A stretch of DNA of 64,000 bases from an uncultured bacterium (GCA_905214375.1 CAJMMG010000002.1:39299-103298), one strand, 5' to 3'; shown: positions 32,916 to 45,069, counted from the stretch's first letter. The notes: generated from the sequence alone by a model not told the origin. Made by a program: numbers and translations.

Positions 32916-33287
32916 TGTGGATAACTCTGTGGGTAACACTTGGATAGTCTAAATTTAACTGTGTATAAAGATCAAAAATCGCTTTTCACACTTCACTTTT
33001 TTCATTTTTGCATAACCTTTAATCAAAAATTTTCCGAAAAAAATGACCGCACTTTTTCTCATCAAAGTGCGGTCAAAAATTCAGCCATTTTTTAGTTTAA
33101 ACATTCCTTGCTTGGTGAAGAAATAACAGCTGTGAGTTATTCAATATTTCTGTGGATAAAATTGTGATTGAGCAAATGGCGAGTGTTGCATAACTCTTCT
33201 CAGCATTTTAGCTTCAATTTTAGAGAAAAAATTTTCTCTTTAATTTCATTAAGATAAGGCTTATTCACAGAAATTATCTTACTCACA
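32916..33287. promoter_or_regulatory. DnaA-box cluster (candidate DARS-like element)
   Basis: Perfect TTWTNCACA boxes at 32916-24, 32960-68 and 33151-59 (reverse) and 33261-69 (forward); 1-mismatch boxes at 32928-36, 32982-90, 33007-15 and 33279-87. Confidence 0.8.
33044..33075 (-). terminator. USS-dyad hairpin, likely terminator downstream of ampD
   Basis: tgaccgcacttt-N8-aaagtgcggtca with a T-tract on the minus strand. Confidence 0.7.
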
Positions 33288-33308
33288 TTCAATCAAACAT
33301 TTTAGTGA

Positions 33309-33872
33309 TTATTTTTTATCCAAGCCTTTTTTGACTAACGCTAAATAGCGCTTCCACTCAAAATATTGACCCGGATCGATCTTACGACCAGGCGAAATAT
33401 CGCAATGCCCAACGATACGATCAGGCGTTATTTTCGGGTAAGCTTGCATGATATCTCGTGTTAATGCAACAAGCACTTGGTATTGTTCCTCTGTAAAAGG
33501 TTGTTCATTACTGCCCTCTAGCTCAATCCCAATCGCAAAATCATTGCATTTATCCCGACCTTCAAAGCAAGAAATCCCCGCATGCCATGCTCTATCATCG
33601 AAACTCACATATTGCGTCACCTTGCCATCCCGTTCAATTAAACAATGGGCTGACACTCGAAATTGATAAATCTCTTCAAAATAAGGATGGATAGTGGGAT
33701 CGAGTTTTCCTTGGAAAAAATCATCTACATATCCCCCACCAAATTGTTCTGGCGGCAAACTGATGTAATGAATGACGAGTAATGAAATATCCTCTACATC
33801 AGGACGTTCATCAAAATGTGGTGAAATTACTTTTCTTGTCTGGCTTAACCAGCCATTTTTTATCTTATTCAT
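33309..33872 (-). CDS. ampD: 1,6-anhydro-N-acetylmuramyl-L-alanine amidase
   Basis: HYISLPP, VSAH, AWHAG, GIELEG, GHCDISPGRKIDPG. Confidence 0.96.
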   Translation of the reverse strand: MNKIKNGWLSQTRKVISPHFDERPDVEDISLLVIHYISLPPEQFGGGYVDDFFQGKLDPTIHPYFEEIYQFRVSAHCLIERDGKVTQYVSFDDRAWHAGISCFEGRDKCNDFAIGIELEGSNEQPFTEEQYQVLVALTRDIMQAYPKITPDRIVGHCDISPGRKIDPGQYFEWKRYLALVKKGLDKK

Positions 33873-33897
33873 CTGTTTTTCTGCGATTAAATTTCAT

Positions 33898-33919
33898 TTT
33901 TGCGATCTCGATCGCAAAA
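33898..33919. promoter_or_regulatory. CRP-S site (Sxy-dependent competence regulatory element) for pilABCD
   Basis: tttTGCGA-tctcga-TCGCAaaa, perfect CRP-S core. Confidence 0.9.
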
Positions 33920-34016
33920 GAAGTACGGTCAGTTTTACTTTCATCTTTCCCTTTTACACAATGTTGCAGCCAAAATTCTGGCATTTTTTTATTCAACCAA
34001 AAGGAAATTTAATTTA

Positions 34017-34460
34017 ATGAAACTGACTTTTTCTAAACCCTTACATAAAGGTTTTACATTAATTGAATTGATGATCGTGATTGCGATTATTGCTATTCTC
34101 GCGACGATCGCCATTCCGTCTTATCAAAATTATACCAAAAAAGCAGCCATCTCCGAATTGTTGCAAGCTTCTGCACCTTATAAATCTGATGTGGAATTAT
34201 GTGTCTATAGCACCAATGCCCCAACAAATTGTTCTGGTGGTTCAAATGGCATTGCAGCAGACATCAATACTGCAAAAGGCTATGTTAAATCCATTACCAC
34301 GAAATCGGGTGTGATTACGGTAACAGGAAATGGCGCATTGGATGGGATCAGTTATTCTTTAACGGCGACAGGCTCAACCTCATCAGGTGTCACTTGGACA
34401 ACTGCTTGCCCAAGCAATACGGATTTATTCCCAGCGGGTTTCTGTTCTCCTACCAAATAG
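34017..34460 (+). CDS. pilA: Type IVa major pilin
   Basis: [19 protein letters not shown] prepilin motif; ATG 34017 after AAGGA. Confidence 0.95.
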   Translation: MKLTFSKPLHKGFTLIELMIVIAIIAILATIAIPSYQNYTKKAAISELLQASAPYKSDVELCVYSTNAPTNCSGGSNGIAADINTAKGYVKSITTKSGVITVTGNGALDGISYSLTATGSTSSGVTWTTACPSNTDLFPAGFCSPTK

Positions 34461-34466
34461 CGAAAC

Positions 34467-35846
34467 ATGGCCTATCAAGCAATCGCAAAAAATGGCGAGA
34501 TTTATCATATCTCGCCACAATATTGGCAACAAAACCAACAGCAACAAGCTTTGCTGTTGCGTTACTTTGCGCTTCCTCTTAAAGAAGACGAACACCATTT
34601 ATGGCTTGCAGTAGATTCGCTGAATAATCTTGCAGCTTGTGAAACCTTTGCCTTTTTAAGTGGAAAATTAGTTGAACCAATTTTATTTGAAACACATCAA
34701 CTCAAACAACTTTTACAATCCCTTGCACCGAAAGCCAATCAAATAGAAGAACAAGCGACATTTTATCATCATTCAGAAGACGAAAGCACTGCCAATTTAT
34801 CTAATGAAGATGAACCCGTTATTCAATTATTAAATGGTATTTTTGAAACCGCCCTGCAAAAAAATGCCTCCGATATTCATTTAGAAACTCAGCCAAATGG
34901 GCTTTTAGTTCGTTTGCGTATTGATGGCGTACTCCAACCACAGCCGATTATCAGTAAATCACTCGCCAATCGTGTGATTTCTCGTTTAAAACTCTTAGCC
35001 AAACTGGATATCAGTGAAACTCGGCTACCACAAGATGGCCGCTTTCAATTCAAAACGACATTCTCCGATATTTTAGATTTCCGCCTTTCTACCTTGCCCA
35101 CGCATTGGGGAGAAAAAGCAGTATTACGATTACAACAAAATAAACCTGTTCAGTTGAGTTTTGCTGAACTTGGCATGACACAAAACCAACAAAATCAATT
35201 TCAACATGCACTCGGTCAACCTCAGGGTTTAATCCTTGTAACGGGACCAACAGGAAGTGGAAAAAGTATCTCACTTTATACCGCACTTCAATGGCTCAAT
35301 ACGCCAGATAAACATATTATGACGGCAGAGGATCCCGTTGAAATTGAATTAGAAGGCATTATTCAAACTCAAGTGAATCCGCAAATTGGTTTAGATTTTA
35401 GCCGATTACTTCGTACATTTTTACGACAAGACCCCGACATTATTATGCTTGGTGAAATTCGAGATGAAGAAAGTGCATTAATGGCATTAAGAGCAGCTCA
35501 AACCGGCCATTTAGTGCTTTCGACCTTACATACCAACGATGCCCTCTCAGCAATTTCACGCTTGCAACAACTAGGTATTCAATCTCATGAAATTGAAAAT
35601 AGTCTCTTATTAGTTATCGCACAGCGATTGGTGCGTAAACGTTGCTTAAAGTGCAGTCAACATTTTAGTGAGTCTTGCGACTGCCATCAGGGATATCGGG
35701 GGCGTATTGGGGTGTATCAATTTTTACAATGTGAAAACAACCGTTACCAAACCGATTTTGACTCACTTTATCAAAGCGCATTAGAAAAAGTAAAAGATCA
35801 AGTCACCGATCTCGATGAAATTCAACGCGTATTAGGCAAAAAATAG
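34467..35846 (+). CDS. pilB: Type IV pilus assembly ATPase
   Basis: GPTGSGKS, EDPVE, LRQDPD, STLHTN. Confidence 0.95.
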   Translation: MAYQAIAKNGEIYHISPQYWQQNQQQQALLLRYFALPLKEDEHHLWLAVDSLNNLAACETFAFLSGKLVEPILFETHQLKQLLQSLAPKANQIEEQATFYHHSEDESTANLSNEDEPVIQLLNGIFETALQKNASDIHLETQPNGLLVRLRIDGVLQPQPIISKSLANRVISRLKLLAKLDISETRLPQDGRFQFKTTFSDILDFRLSTLPTHWGEKAVLRLQQNKPVQLSFAELGMTQNQQNQFQHALGQPQGLILVTGPTGSGKSISLYTALQWLNTPDKHIMTAEDPVEIELEGIIQTQVNPQIGLDFSRLLRTFLRQDPDIIMLGEIRDEESALMALRAAQTGHLVLSTLHTNDALSAISRLQQLGIQSHEIENSLLLVIAQRLVRKRCLKCSQHFSESCDCHQGYRGRIGVYQFLQCENNRYQTDFDSLYQSALEKVKDQVTDLDEIQRVLGKK

Positions 35847-35854
35847 GAGTCTCT

Positions 35855-37078
35855 ATGGCAAAACAAAAACTCTTTTACTTCCAAGCCTATGATCAGCGGC
35901 AACAATGGCAAAAAGGTAGCCTTGTTGCTCAATCTAAACAAGCCGCACAATTTCTGTTAATTGCAAAAGGTTTTAGTCACATTCGCTTGCAACAAGATTG
36001 GCAACTTAATCAGAAACCGAAAAATGCAGAAATCAGTGCTTTATTGAATCAACTGGCTACATTGCTCAGTTCTGCCATTCCATTAAAAAATGCATTACAT
36101 ATTTTGCAAGACAACTGCACACAATTGGGTTTGCATCAGTGGCTTAGCGCCTTAATTGAGTTAATTGAAAGTGGTCTTCCGTTTTCACAAAGCTTGGAAA
36201 TACAAGGAAAGTATTTAAACTTTCAAGAGATTCAACTTATTCAAGTGGGAGAAATGACAGGAAAACTGGCAGAGGTATGCACTAAAATTGCAGAACGTCG
36301 AACGCAATCATTAACGCTTCAACGCAAATTACAAAAAATTATGCTTTATCCTGCCATGGTATTAGGTATTTCGCTTTCACTTACGTTGATTTTATTACTC
36401 TTCGTTGTACCACAATTTGCTGAAATGTATGGCGAAAATTCCGCTGAATTGCCTACATTAACTGCCGTATTATTAACTATGTCTCAATTCCTACAACATC
36501 ATTTTGTTGCGTTAATGATTGCCTGCACTTTCGCTATTTTTATGTTGAAGATGGCATTAAAACATTCCCTTTGGCTAAATCAAAAAAAGAATGCACTAAT
36601 TAGCCGCATGCCAATTTGGGGCAATATCATTTGCCTTTCTCGCCTAATCAGTTTTAGCCATAACCTCCAATTAATGCTTCAATCCGGAGTGGCATTAACG
36701 CCAGCCTTAAATAGCTTCCTCCCCAAACAACAAACCTGGCAAACACAACGTACCTTAAAAGGTGATATTCTGCTACAACAAGAAGTGCGGTCAATTTTAC
36801 AGTGGGTTTCGCAAGGTTATCCATTTTCAGAAAGTGTCAGTAGTCATCTTTTCCCAATGGAAGCACAACAAATGCTACAGATTGGAGAAAAAAGTGGAAA
36901 ACTTGCGTTGATGTTGCGTCATATTGCTGATAACTATCAAGAAAAGCTCAATCATCAAATTGATTTACTTTCCCAACTTTTAGAGCCTTTAATGATGCTC
37001 ATCATTGGTAGTTTAATCGGTATTATTATGATGGGCATGTATCTGCCGATTTTTAATATGGGATCCGTAATCCAATGA
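35855..37078 (+). CDS. pilC: Type IV pilus platform protein (GspF family)
   Basis: Two GspF repeats (GEMTGKL, GEKSGKL). Confidence 0.93.
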   Translation: MAKQKLFYFQAYDQRQQWQKGSLVAQSKQAAQFLLIAKGFSHIRLQQDWQLNQKPKNAEISALLNQLATLLSSAIPLKNALHILQDNCTQLGLHQWLSALIELIESGLPFSQSLEIQGKYLNFQEIQLIQVGEMTGKLAEVCTKIAERRTQSLTLQRKLQKIMLYPAMVLGISLSLTLILLLFVVPQFAEMYGENSAELPTLTAVLLTMSQFLQHHFVALMIACTFAIFMLKMALKHSLWLNQKKNALISRMPIWGNIICLSRLISFSHNLQLMLQSGVALTPALNSFLPKQQTWQTQRTLKGDILLQQEVRSILQWVSQGYPFSESVSSHLFPMEAQQMLQIGEKSGKLALMLRHIADNYQEKLNHQIDLLSQLLEPLMMLIIGSLIGIIMMGMYLPIFNMGSVIQ

Positions 37079-37752
37079 TGATATTAGCCTTTTTCTTATT
37101 GGGTGGTTTAGTGGGTATCTTTGTTTGGCTTTATATTGATCGTTTTATCCCCAATCTACAACAAGAAATTTATCAGAACTATATCGAACTTTATCCTGAA
37201 AACAGTCCTATTTTCCATAGCGAAAAAGCAGCGATTCAATCTCAAAAGTGCGGTCATATTTGTCTTTATTTTTTAGGGTTTGGACTCTGTTTTGCTGCAC
37301 TCTGTTATTTTCTTCAGGATAAATTATTTACTTTATGGCTAGCAATTACGCTTAGTCTACTGTTTGTTATCAGTTGGCTAGACTGGCATTATCAACTGAT
37401 TTCACCTACACCTTGCCTCTTTTTATTTTTCCTGGGTTTATTCGGAGCACATCAAGAATTTTCAATTCTGACGCTTTCTCAAAGTTTAGAAAGTGCGGTT
37501 AGTTTTTTCAGTGTTTTTTATATCATCTATCATTTGTCTAAATGGTTTTATAAGAAGGAAGCGTTAGGCCGTGGCGATTATTGGCTCGCTTTGGGAATCG
37601 GCACTTATCTCACCATCGCGCACTTACCACTTTTCTTATTCATCGCCTGTCTATTAGGCATCATAGTCTATTGGATTTCTCGTAAACCTGTTTTACCTTT
37701 CGCGCCCTTTCTTTGCATATCGTTAATCATCACCAGTGCAATAACCCTATAA
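37075..37752 (+). CDS. pilD: Prepilin peptidase
   Basis: ALGRGD, PFAPFL; operon position. Confidence 0.88.
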   Translation: MMILAFFLLGGLVGIFVWLYIDRFIPNLQQEIYQNYIELYPENSPIFHSEKAAIQSQKCGHICLYFLGFGLCFAALCYFLQDKLFTLWLAITLSLLFVISWLDWHYQLISPTPCLFLFFLGLFGAHQEFSILTLSQSLESAVSFFSVFYIIYHLSKWFYKKEALGRGDYWLALGIGTYLTIAHLPLFLFIACLLGIIVYWISRKPVLPFAPFLCISLIITSAITL

Positions 37753-37798
37753 ATGTAATATATTGGCAACATTGGAAAATATTATATTTAAAGGATAG

Positions 37799-38653
<855 letters not shown>

Positions 38654-38657
<4 letters not shown>

Positions 38658-38935
38658 GCCTTCAGCATCATGATAATGGTGAGCAGGGAGAGTTTTTCTT
38701 ACTCGATGAGCAAGGGAAGAAAATCGCGAAACTCACCTATTTTTATGAAACACCCGATACCATTAATGCTAATCATACGTTTGTTGATGATTCTCTTCGA
38801 GGACAAGGTGTGGCAGACAAACTCTATCAAGCCTTAATTCATTTTATCCAGGCTAAAAAGCTAACTTTGCACCCAACTTGTAGCTATATTGCAAGAAAAT
38901 GGGAACGAACCCAATCTGCTCAATCCCAAGCTTAA
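38654..38935 (+). CDS. Small GNAT-family protein (YjdJ-like)
   Basis: [14 protein letters not shown]...PTCSY; ATGA overlap with the yacG stop. Confidence 0.85.
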
Positions 38936-39024
38936 TCCTATTAATAAGCGTGTCATTTTTAAGGATATTTTTCTGACTTCGTGCTATCCTTAGCCCCATT
39001 TATTTCTGAGAACCATTATTTATC

Positions 39025-40284
39025 ATGCAAGAAAATTATTTAAGTCAGCAGCGATTTGCTGATCTTCCATTACATCCTATCGTACAAAAAGCCCTACAAG
39101 ATAAGGGATTTGAATATTGCACCCCTATTCAAGCGTTATCATTACCTATCACATTACAAGGAAAAGATGTTGCTGGCCAAGCACAAACCGGCACAGGTAA
39201 AACGATGGCATTTTTAACGGCAACATTTCATCACTTATTAACACATCAACCTGATTTTGCCACCAATCAACCCCGTGCATTAATTCTTGCACCAACCCGT
39301 GAACTGGCTGTGCAAATTAATCATGATGCAGAATTATTAGCAAAAACAAGTGGATTACGAACCGCACTTGCTTATGGTGGAGATGGCTATGATAAACAGA
39401 TTAAAGCGATTGAAGCCGGCGTGGATATTTTAATTGGTACCACTGGTCGTGTGATTGACTACGTGAAACAAGGCATTATCCGTTTAGATGATGTTCAGGT
39501 GGTGGTACTAGATGAAGCGGATCGCATGTTTGATTTAGGTTTCATTCGTGATATTCGTTATTTATTACGCAAATGTCCTTCTCCGCAAGAACGCCTCACC
39601 ATGCTCTTTTCTGCAACGCTCTCTTACAAAGTGCGCGAACTTGCCTTTGAAGATATGAATTCCCCTGAATATATCGAAATTGAACCAGAACAAAAAACGG
39701 GACATAGAATTAAAGAGGAACTGTTCTATCCGTCAAATGAAGATAAAATCCCCCTCTTACTCACGTTAATGGAAGAGGAATGGCCCGAGCGCTGTATTGT
39801 CTTTGCAAATACTAAACATAAATGTGAAGAAATTTGGGGCTATTTAGCAGCAGATGGCCATCGTGTTGGATTACTCACGGGTGATGTGGCACAGAAAAAA
39901 CGTCTTTCATTGCTCAAACAATTTACAGATGGTGAGCTCGATATTCTCGTTGCAACCGATGTTGCAGCGCGTGGATTACATATTTCAGACGTGACTCATG
40001 TTTTTAACTTTGATCTACCCGATGACCGAGAAGATTACGTTCACCGTATTGGCCGTACTGGTCGAGCGGGTGAAAGTGGTGTGTCTATCAGCTTTGCTTG
40101 TGAAGAATATGCGATGAATTTACCGGCAATTGAAGAATACATTGGTCATTCTATTCCGGTCAGTCAATATGATCCGAATTCATTGATTAGTGATATTCCT
40201 AAACCTTATCGTTTAAAACGCAATCCTACGCCTCAAACGAGAAATACTACGATGAGAAAAACAAACTATCGTCGTAAAAACTAA
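39025..40284 (+). CDS. rhlB: DEAD-box RNA helicase RhlB
   Basis: [23 protein letters not shown]. Confidence 0.95.
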   Translation: MQENYLSQQRFADLPLHPIVQKALQDKGFEYCTPIQALSLPITLQGKDVAGQAQTGTGKTMAFLTATFHHLLTHQPDFATNQPRALILAPTRELAVQINHDAELLAKTSGLRTALAYGGDGYDKQIKAIEAGVDILIGTTGRVIDYVKQGIIRLDDVQVVVLDEADRMFDLGFIRDIRYLLRKCPSPQERLTMLFSATLSYKVRELAFEDMNSPEYIEIEPEQKTGHRIKEELFYPSNEDKIPLLLTLMEEEWPERCIVFANTKHKCEEIWGYLAADGHRVGLLTGDVAQKKRLSLLKQFTDGELDILVATDVAARGLHISDVTHVFNFDLPDDREDYVHRIGRTGRAGESGVSISFACEEYAMNLPAIEEYIGHSIPVSQYDPNSLISDIPKPYRLKRNPTPQTRNTTMRKTNYRRKN

Positions 40285-40288
40285 AAAG

Positions 40289-40321
40289 AAAAGCTGATGA
40301 ACTCCTTCATCAGCTTTTTTT
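40289..40321. terminator. Bidirectional terminator between rhlB and mreD
   Basis: aaaagctgatgaa-ctcc-ttcatcagcttttttt. Confidence 0.8.
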
Positions 40322-40325
40322 ATGA

Positions 40326-40814
40326 TTAATGTAATCCGACTCTTCGACGTGTAGTACGCATCAATAAGAAAACCCATGGCCATAACACACCTGATGCGAT
40401 GGCACCAAAGATTTCCTGCCAGTTGAAAAATGCCCCATGCAAAGAGAATTCAACCAAGAAAATAGCCACTCGAATCGCAAAAACAAAAAGAAGTACCAAT
40501 AAACTTTGGAACCAAAGAGAAAGGTTGCGCAAAATTAAGTAATATTTGGAAACAAAATAGAAGGCGACAGAAAGCACCAGTGCATGAACCCCAAGAATAG
40601 AGCCTAGCACGATATCCCATAAAACCCCGAGTAAAAATGCCCAACCAATGCTTATTCTATCAGGTAACGCAAGCGTCCAATAAAGCAAAACTAAAACCAA
40701 CCAAGACGGTTTAAAAGCTTGAAAGCCTGCTGGCCATGGGGCTAATTCCATAATTAATGCCACAACAAAGAAGCATAAAATGGTCGCCCATTGAAAAATA
40801 AAACGCCCTTGCAT
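40326..40814 (-). CDS. mreD: Rod shape protein MreD
   Basis: 162-aa membrane protein following mreC. Confidence 0.94.
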   Translation of the reverse strand: MQGRFIFQWATILCFFVVALIMELAPWPAGFQAFKPSWLVLVLLYWTLALPDRISIGWAFLLGVLWDIVLGSILGVHALVLSVAFYFVSKYYLILRNLSLWFQSLLVLLFVFAIRVAIFLVEFSLHGAFFNWQEIFGAIASGVLWPWVFLLMRTTRRRVGLH

Positions 40815-41878
40815 TAGTCTTCTTCCCTATGTTGTTGCTGATCTGGAGAAATGGGTTCCTCTTGTTGAGGCATTGTGGTCGGAATGTCAGGATCCACAAT
40901 TTCTTTTCCTGTATGCGGCTGTACTCCATCCTCTTGATCATCTGTAATTTTGGTTTTACTCACTGAATGAGTTGCTTCATTAGCTTGACTTTCTAAACGT
41001 TGCTGTACAAGGCGACGTACTTCTTCCGGCGACATGGATTTGACTTTCGACATATCAAGATTGCTCGGCCAAAGTAAAAGCAAATAACGTAAACGATCTA
41101 ACTCAGCCAAAGGTTTCGCTTTCACCGTTGCAAAGTAATTTGAGCCATCACGAGAAACACTTTGCACAACAGCCACAGGATAGCCTTCCACAAAACGACC
41201 ACCCAAACCTGAAGTCACCAATAAATCGCCTTTTTCAATATCCACAGAACGAGGCACATTATCTAAGGTAAGTTCATCTGAGTGCCCTGTGCCACTCGCG
41301 ATCACGCGTACATCATTACGTAAAACTTGCACAGGAATAGAATGGGTCACATCAGTCAAAAGTAACACTCGGCTTGTATTCTCACCGACAGATATAATCT
41401 GTCCGATCATCCCTTTTTCATCAATCACTGGCTGACCGACATAAGCGCCATCACGTTCACCTTGATTGATCACCACTTGCTGACGATAGACGTCGGTTTC
41501 TGCTGTGAGCACTTCTGCAATCTTTTTATATTCATCCGTGCGTAAAGGCGAATTAAGCAGTAAACGAAGACGTTGGTTTTCTACCTTAAGTTGATCCAAT
41601 AATAAAAGATCGGCATTTTTCTCACGCAACTGCTCACGCAATACTTTATTTTCAATAAGCAGTTTATTGGTATCCACCAAGTTACTTGATACACCATCTA
41701 GAACCGTTCTTGGCCCATTCGCAAGGTAATACAAGCCCCCCACGGCAGTCTCCATGACACTACGCGCCTTCGTCATTGATGAGGTTTGCCCATCAACTAA
41801 AATGAGTGTCATCGAAGCAATCACCGCTAATGTGAGTCGGATACCTAATGGTGGTGCTTTACCAAAAATGGGTTTCAT
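40814..41878 (-). CDS. mreC: Rod shape protein MreC
   Basis: MKPIFG..., ENQRLRLLL, TSGLGGRF. Confidence 0.96.
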   Translation of the reverse strand: MKPIFGKAPPLGIRLTLAVIASMTLILVDGQTSSMTKARSVMETAVGGLYYLANGPRTVLDGVSSNLVDTNKLLIENKVLREQLREKNADLLLLDQLKVENQRLRLLLNSPLRTDEYKKIAEVLTAETDVYRQQVVINQGERDGAYVGQPVIDEKGMIGQIISVGENTSRVLLLTDVTHSIPVQVLRNDVRVIASGTGHSDELTLDNVPRSVDIEKGDLLVTSGLGGRFVEGYPVAVVQSVSRDGSNYFATVKAKPLAELDRLRYLLLLWPSNLDMSKVKSMSPEEVRRLVQQRLESQANEATHSVSKTKITDDQEDGVQPHTGKEIVDPDIPTTMPQQEEPISPDQQQHREED

Positions 41879-41900
41879 TCACTGTCCTAGGGTTGAAAGG

Positions 41901-41960
41901 AAAAGTGCGGTCAAAAAATCAGACAAATTAAAAAACGCCGATTTTTCTGACCGCACTTTT
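41901..41960. repeat. USS-dyad stem-loop between mreB and mreC
   Basis: aaaagtgcggtca...tgaccgcactttt. Confidence 0.8.
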
Positions 41961-41965
41961 AGAGA

Positions 41966-43054
<1,089 letters not shown>

Positions 43055-43193
43055 TCATTTCTGAGCATAGAAAAAAATTGTGCTAAATGTACCAAAAAAT
43101 CGAGTTTGATAACAGGATTTTTTACTTTGTTCATCTACACTTACCTCACTATTTTTTTCTAACAAGGTAACTGCGGTCAATTTTAATGGTGTT

Positions 43194-44984
43194 TTATACG
43201 AGATTTCGGTCAGTGAATCGCCACTTCCCGTTACCTAAAATCATCAATTGTTGCTGATGGAAAGCTTGTAAAGTTGAACGATGCCCCACGCTAATAACCG
43301 TTGTATTAGGTAAACGTTCTTTTAATAGTCGATACATCGTATCTTCTAAGCCTTCATCCATACTCGCAGTTGCTTCATCCAAGAAAGCGACGTTTGGTTT
43401 ATGTAATAACAAACGTGCGAAAGCCAAACGTTGTTGCTCACCGAGAGAAAGGATACGCGTCCAATCTTGCTCTTGTTCTAAACGATCTTGTAAATGCCCT
43501 AAAGACACTTGTTTTAATACTTCAATCATCTCATCACGATTAAAGGCCTGTTCTTCATTCGGATAAGCCAGCGCAGTCAATAAACTGCCTTGTGGTAAAT
43601 AAGGTTTTTGTGATAAGAAAAGCTGATGGGTTGGACAATATACATCCCCTTCAGAATACGCCCACAGCCCTGCCATGGTTCTCAACAACGTAGTTTTCCC
43701 CACACCAGAATTACCTTGAATTAATAGGGTTGAACCTTTTGGTAGCGTCAAATTTAAATTCTCAATTAAGGTTTTTCCAAATGGATTACTGATGCTTAAA
43801 TCCTTAAAGATCACGTCAGTTTCGTGTTCATGTAAATGCGACGTAGATTGACGATTAGCCATATCAATCGCATAACTAAAGCCCGTTAAACGATCTAATG
43901 TGGCTTTGTATCCGGCAAAACCATCGTAAGAATTACGGAAGAACGAAAGATTTGAATGCAACTTACCAAATACTTGTAGCGTCTGCATCAGATCGCCGAG
44001 TTTAATTTGCTTCTCGAAATAACGTCCCACTTGAATGAGCAAAGGGAACACAACCGAAACTTGGCTAACCACCAGGTTAAAACCAGAAAATTTTAAAGTT
44101 CGATAAACAATATCCCACATGTTATTGATTACCGATCCGAATTGTTTATAAAGTTGGCTACTCTCAACTTTCTCACCCGCATAAAATGCTACACTTTCCG
44201 CATATTCTTTGATACGAATTAAAGAATAACGATAGTTAGCGTTTAAGCGCTCGTTGACGAAATTCAACATAATTAATGGACGTCCTAAACGGAATGCAAT
44301 CGCAGTAGTGATAATCACATAAGCAAACACCAAGAACACCATCATGCGTGGAATTTCAGTACCAAATACAATCATTGGCCCCGCTAATCCCCACAATAAG
44401 ATTGTATAAGAAATCATGGAGGTGACGGCATCAATCACCCCAGTACTTAAAGAGAGCGTGGTTCGCACATAGGATTGCACATCTTGTTGAATACGTTGAT
44501 CGGGGTTATCTAAGTTAGCGGAAACATACTGCGTTTTGTAGTACGCGCGATTATTCATCCATTTATCGACTAGCTGACCATTCAACCATTCGATCCAATC
44601 AATAGAAAAACGTTGCTCTAAATAATAGCTCAGCAATGCAGCAATCACTGAGCTTGTCGCTATCACACAAAACAGCACCATTTGGTCCCAAAACACAGGT
44701 TCATTAAATTCCTGTAAGGACGTGTACATATTGTTATACCACTCAGAATGGACCAAGCTAATACGCACACTGACTAATGTCATCGCTACAATTAATAAGA
44801 AAAATAGCAAAGGTTTAATACTTCGACGTGGTGAAAGATACCCACCCGCAAATTGCCAAAATTGTTTACCCCAGTGGGTAAAACGGACTAATAAGAATAT
44901 ACCAAAGCTAAAAACAACAGCCGTCATCGCTAATGTTTTTGCTATCCATAAAAGCGAATTAATGGCCTCTTGAGCGTAATCCAT
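43194..44984 (-). CDS. Fused ABC transporter permease/ATPase (YddA/ABCD-like)
   Basis: DNPDQRI; Walker A GNSGVGKT; LSLGEQQR; FLDEAT. Confidence 0.88.
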   Translation of the reverse strand: MDYAQEAINSLLWIAKTLAMTAVVFSFGIFLLVRFTHWGKQFWQFAGGYLSPRRSIKPLLFFLLIVAMTLVSVRISLVHSEWYNNMYTSLQEFNEPVFWDQMVLFCVIATSSVIAALLSYYLEQRFSIDWIEWLNGQLVDKWMNNRAYYKTQYVSANLDNPDQRIQQDVQSYVRTTLSLSTGVIDAVTSMISYTILLWGLAGPMIVFGTEIPRMMVFLVFAYVIITTAIAFRLGRPLIMLNFVNERLNANYRYSLIRIKEYAESVAFYAGEKVESSQLYKQFGSVINNMWDIVYRTLKFSGFNLVVSQVSVVFPLLIQVGRYFEKQIKLGDLMQTLQVFGKLHSNLSFFRNSYDGFAGYKATLDRLTGFSYAIDMANRQSTSHLHEHETDVIFKDLSISNPFGKTLIENLNLTLPKGSTLLIQGNSGVGKTTLLRTMAGLWAYSEGDVYCPTHQLFLSQKPYLPQGSLLTALAYPNEEQAFNRDEMIEVLKQVSLGHLQDRLEQEQDWTRILSLGEQQRLAFARLLLHKPNVAFLDEATASMDEGLEDTMYRLLKERLPNTTVISVGHRSTLQAFHQQQLMILGNGKWRFTDRNLV

Positions 44985-45047
44985 AATCAACCTATAAAAT
45001 CAAAAAAGTGCGGTCATTTTAGGCGGTGTTTATTTTTAAGCAAGAAA

Positions 45048-45069
45048 AAATGTGATGGAGATAACATTT
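45048..45069. promoter_or_regulatory. Probable CRP site in the divergent promoter region
   Basis: aaaTGTGA-tggaga-TAACAttt, 1 mismatch. Confidence 0.6.

Noticed and set aside
33021..33034. IHF site within the DnaA-box region
   Set aside because: AATCAA-N4-TTT (also at 33291) misses the TTR consensus, and such matches are common in AT-rich DNA, so it is not claimed.
32825..33308. oriC
   Set aside because: Only one GATC noticed, no tandem AT-rich 13-mers, and no gidA/mioC/dnaA context. A DARS- or datA-type element fits better.
33900..34016. 39-aa N-terminal extension of PilA
   Set aside because: It overlaps the CRP-S site and promoter; ATG 34017 has an SD and gives a normal short prepilin leader.
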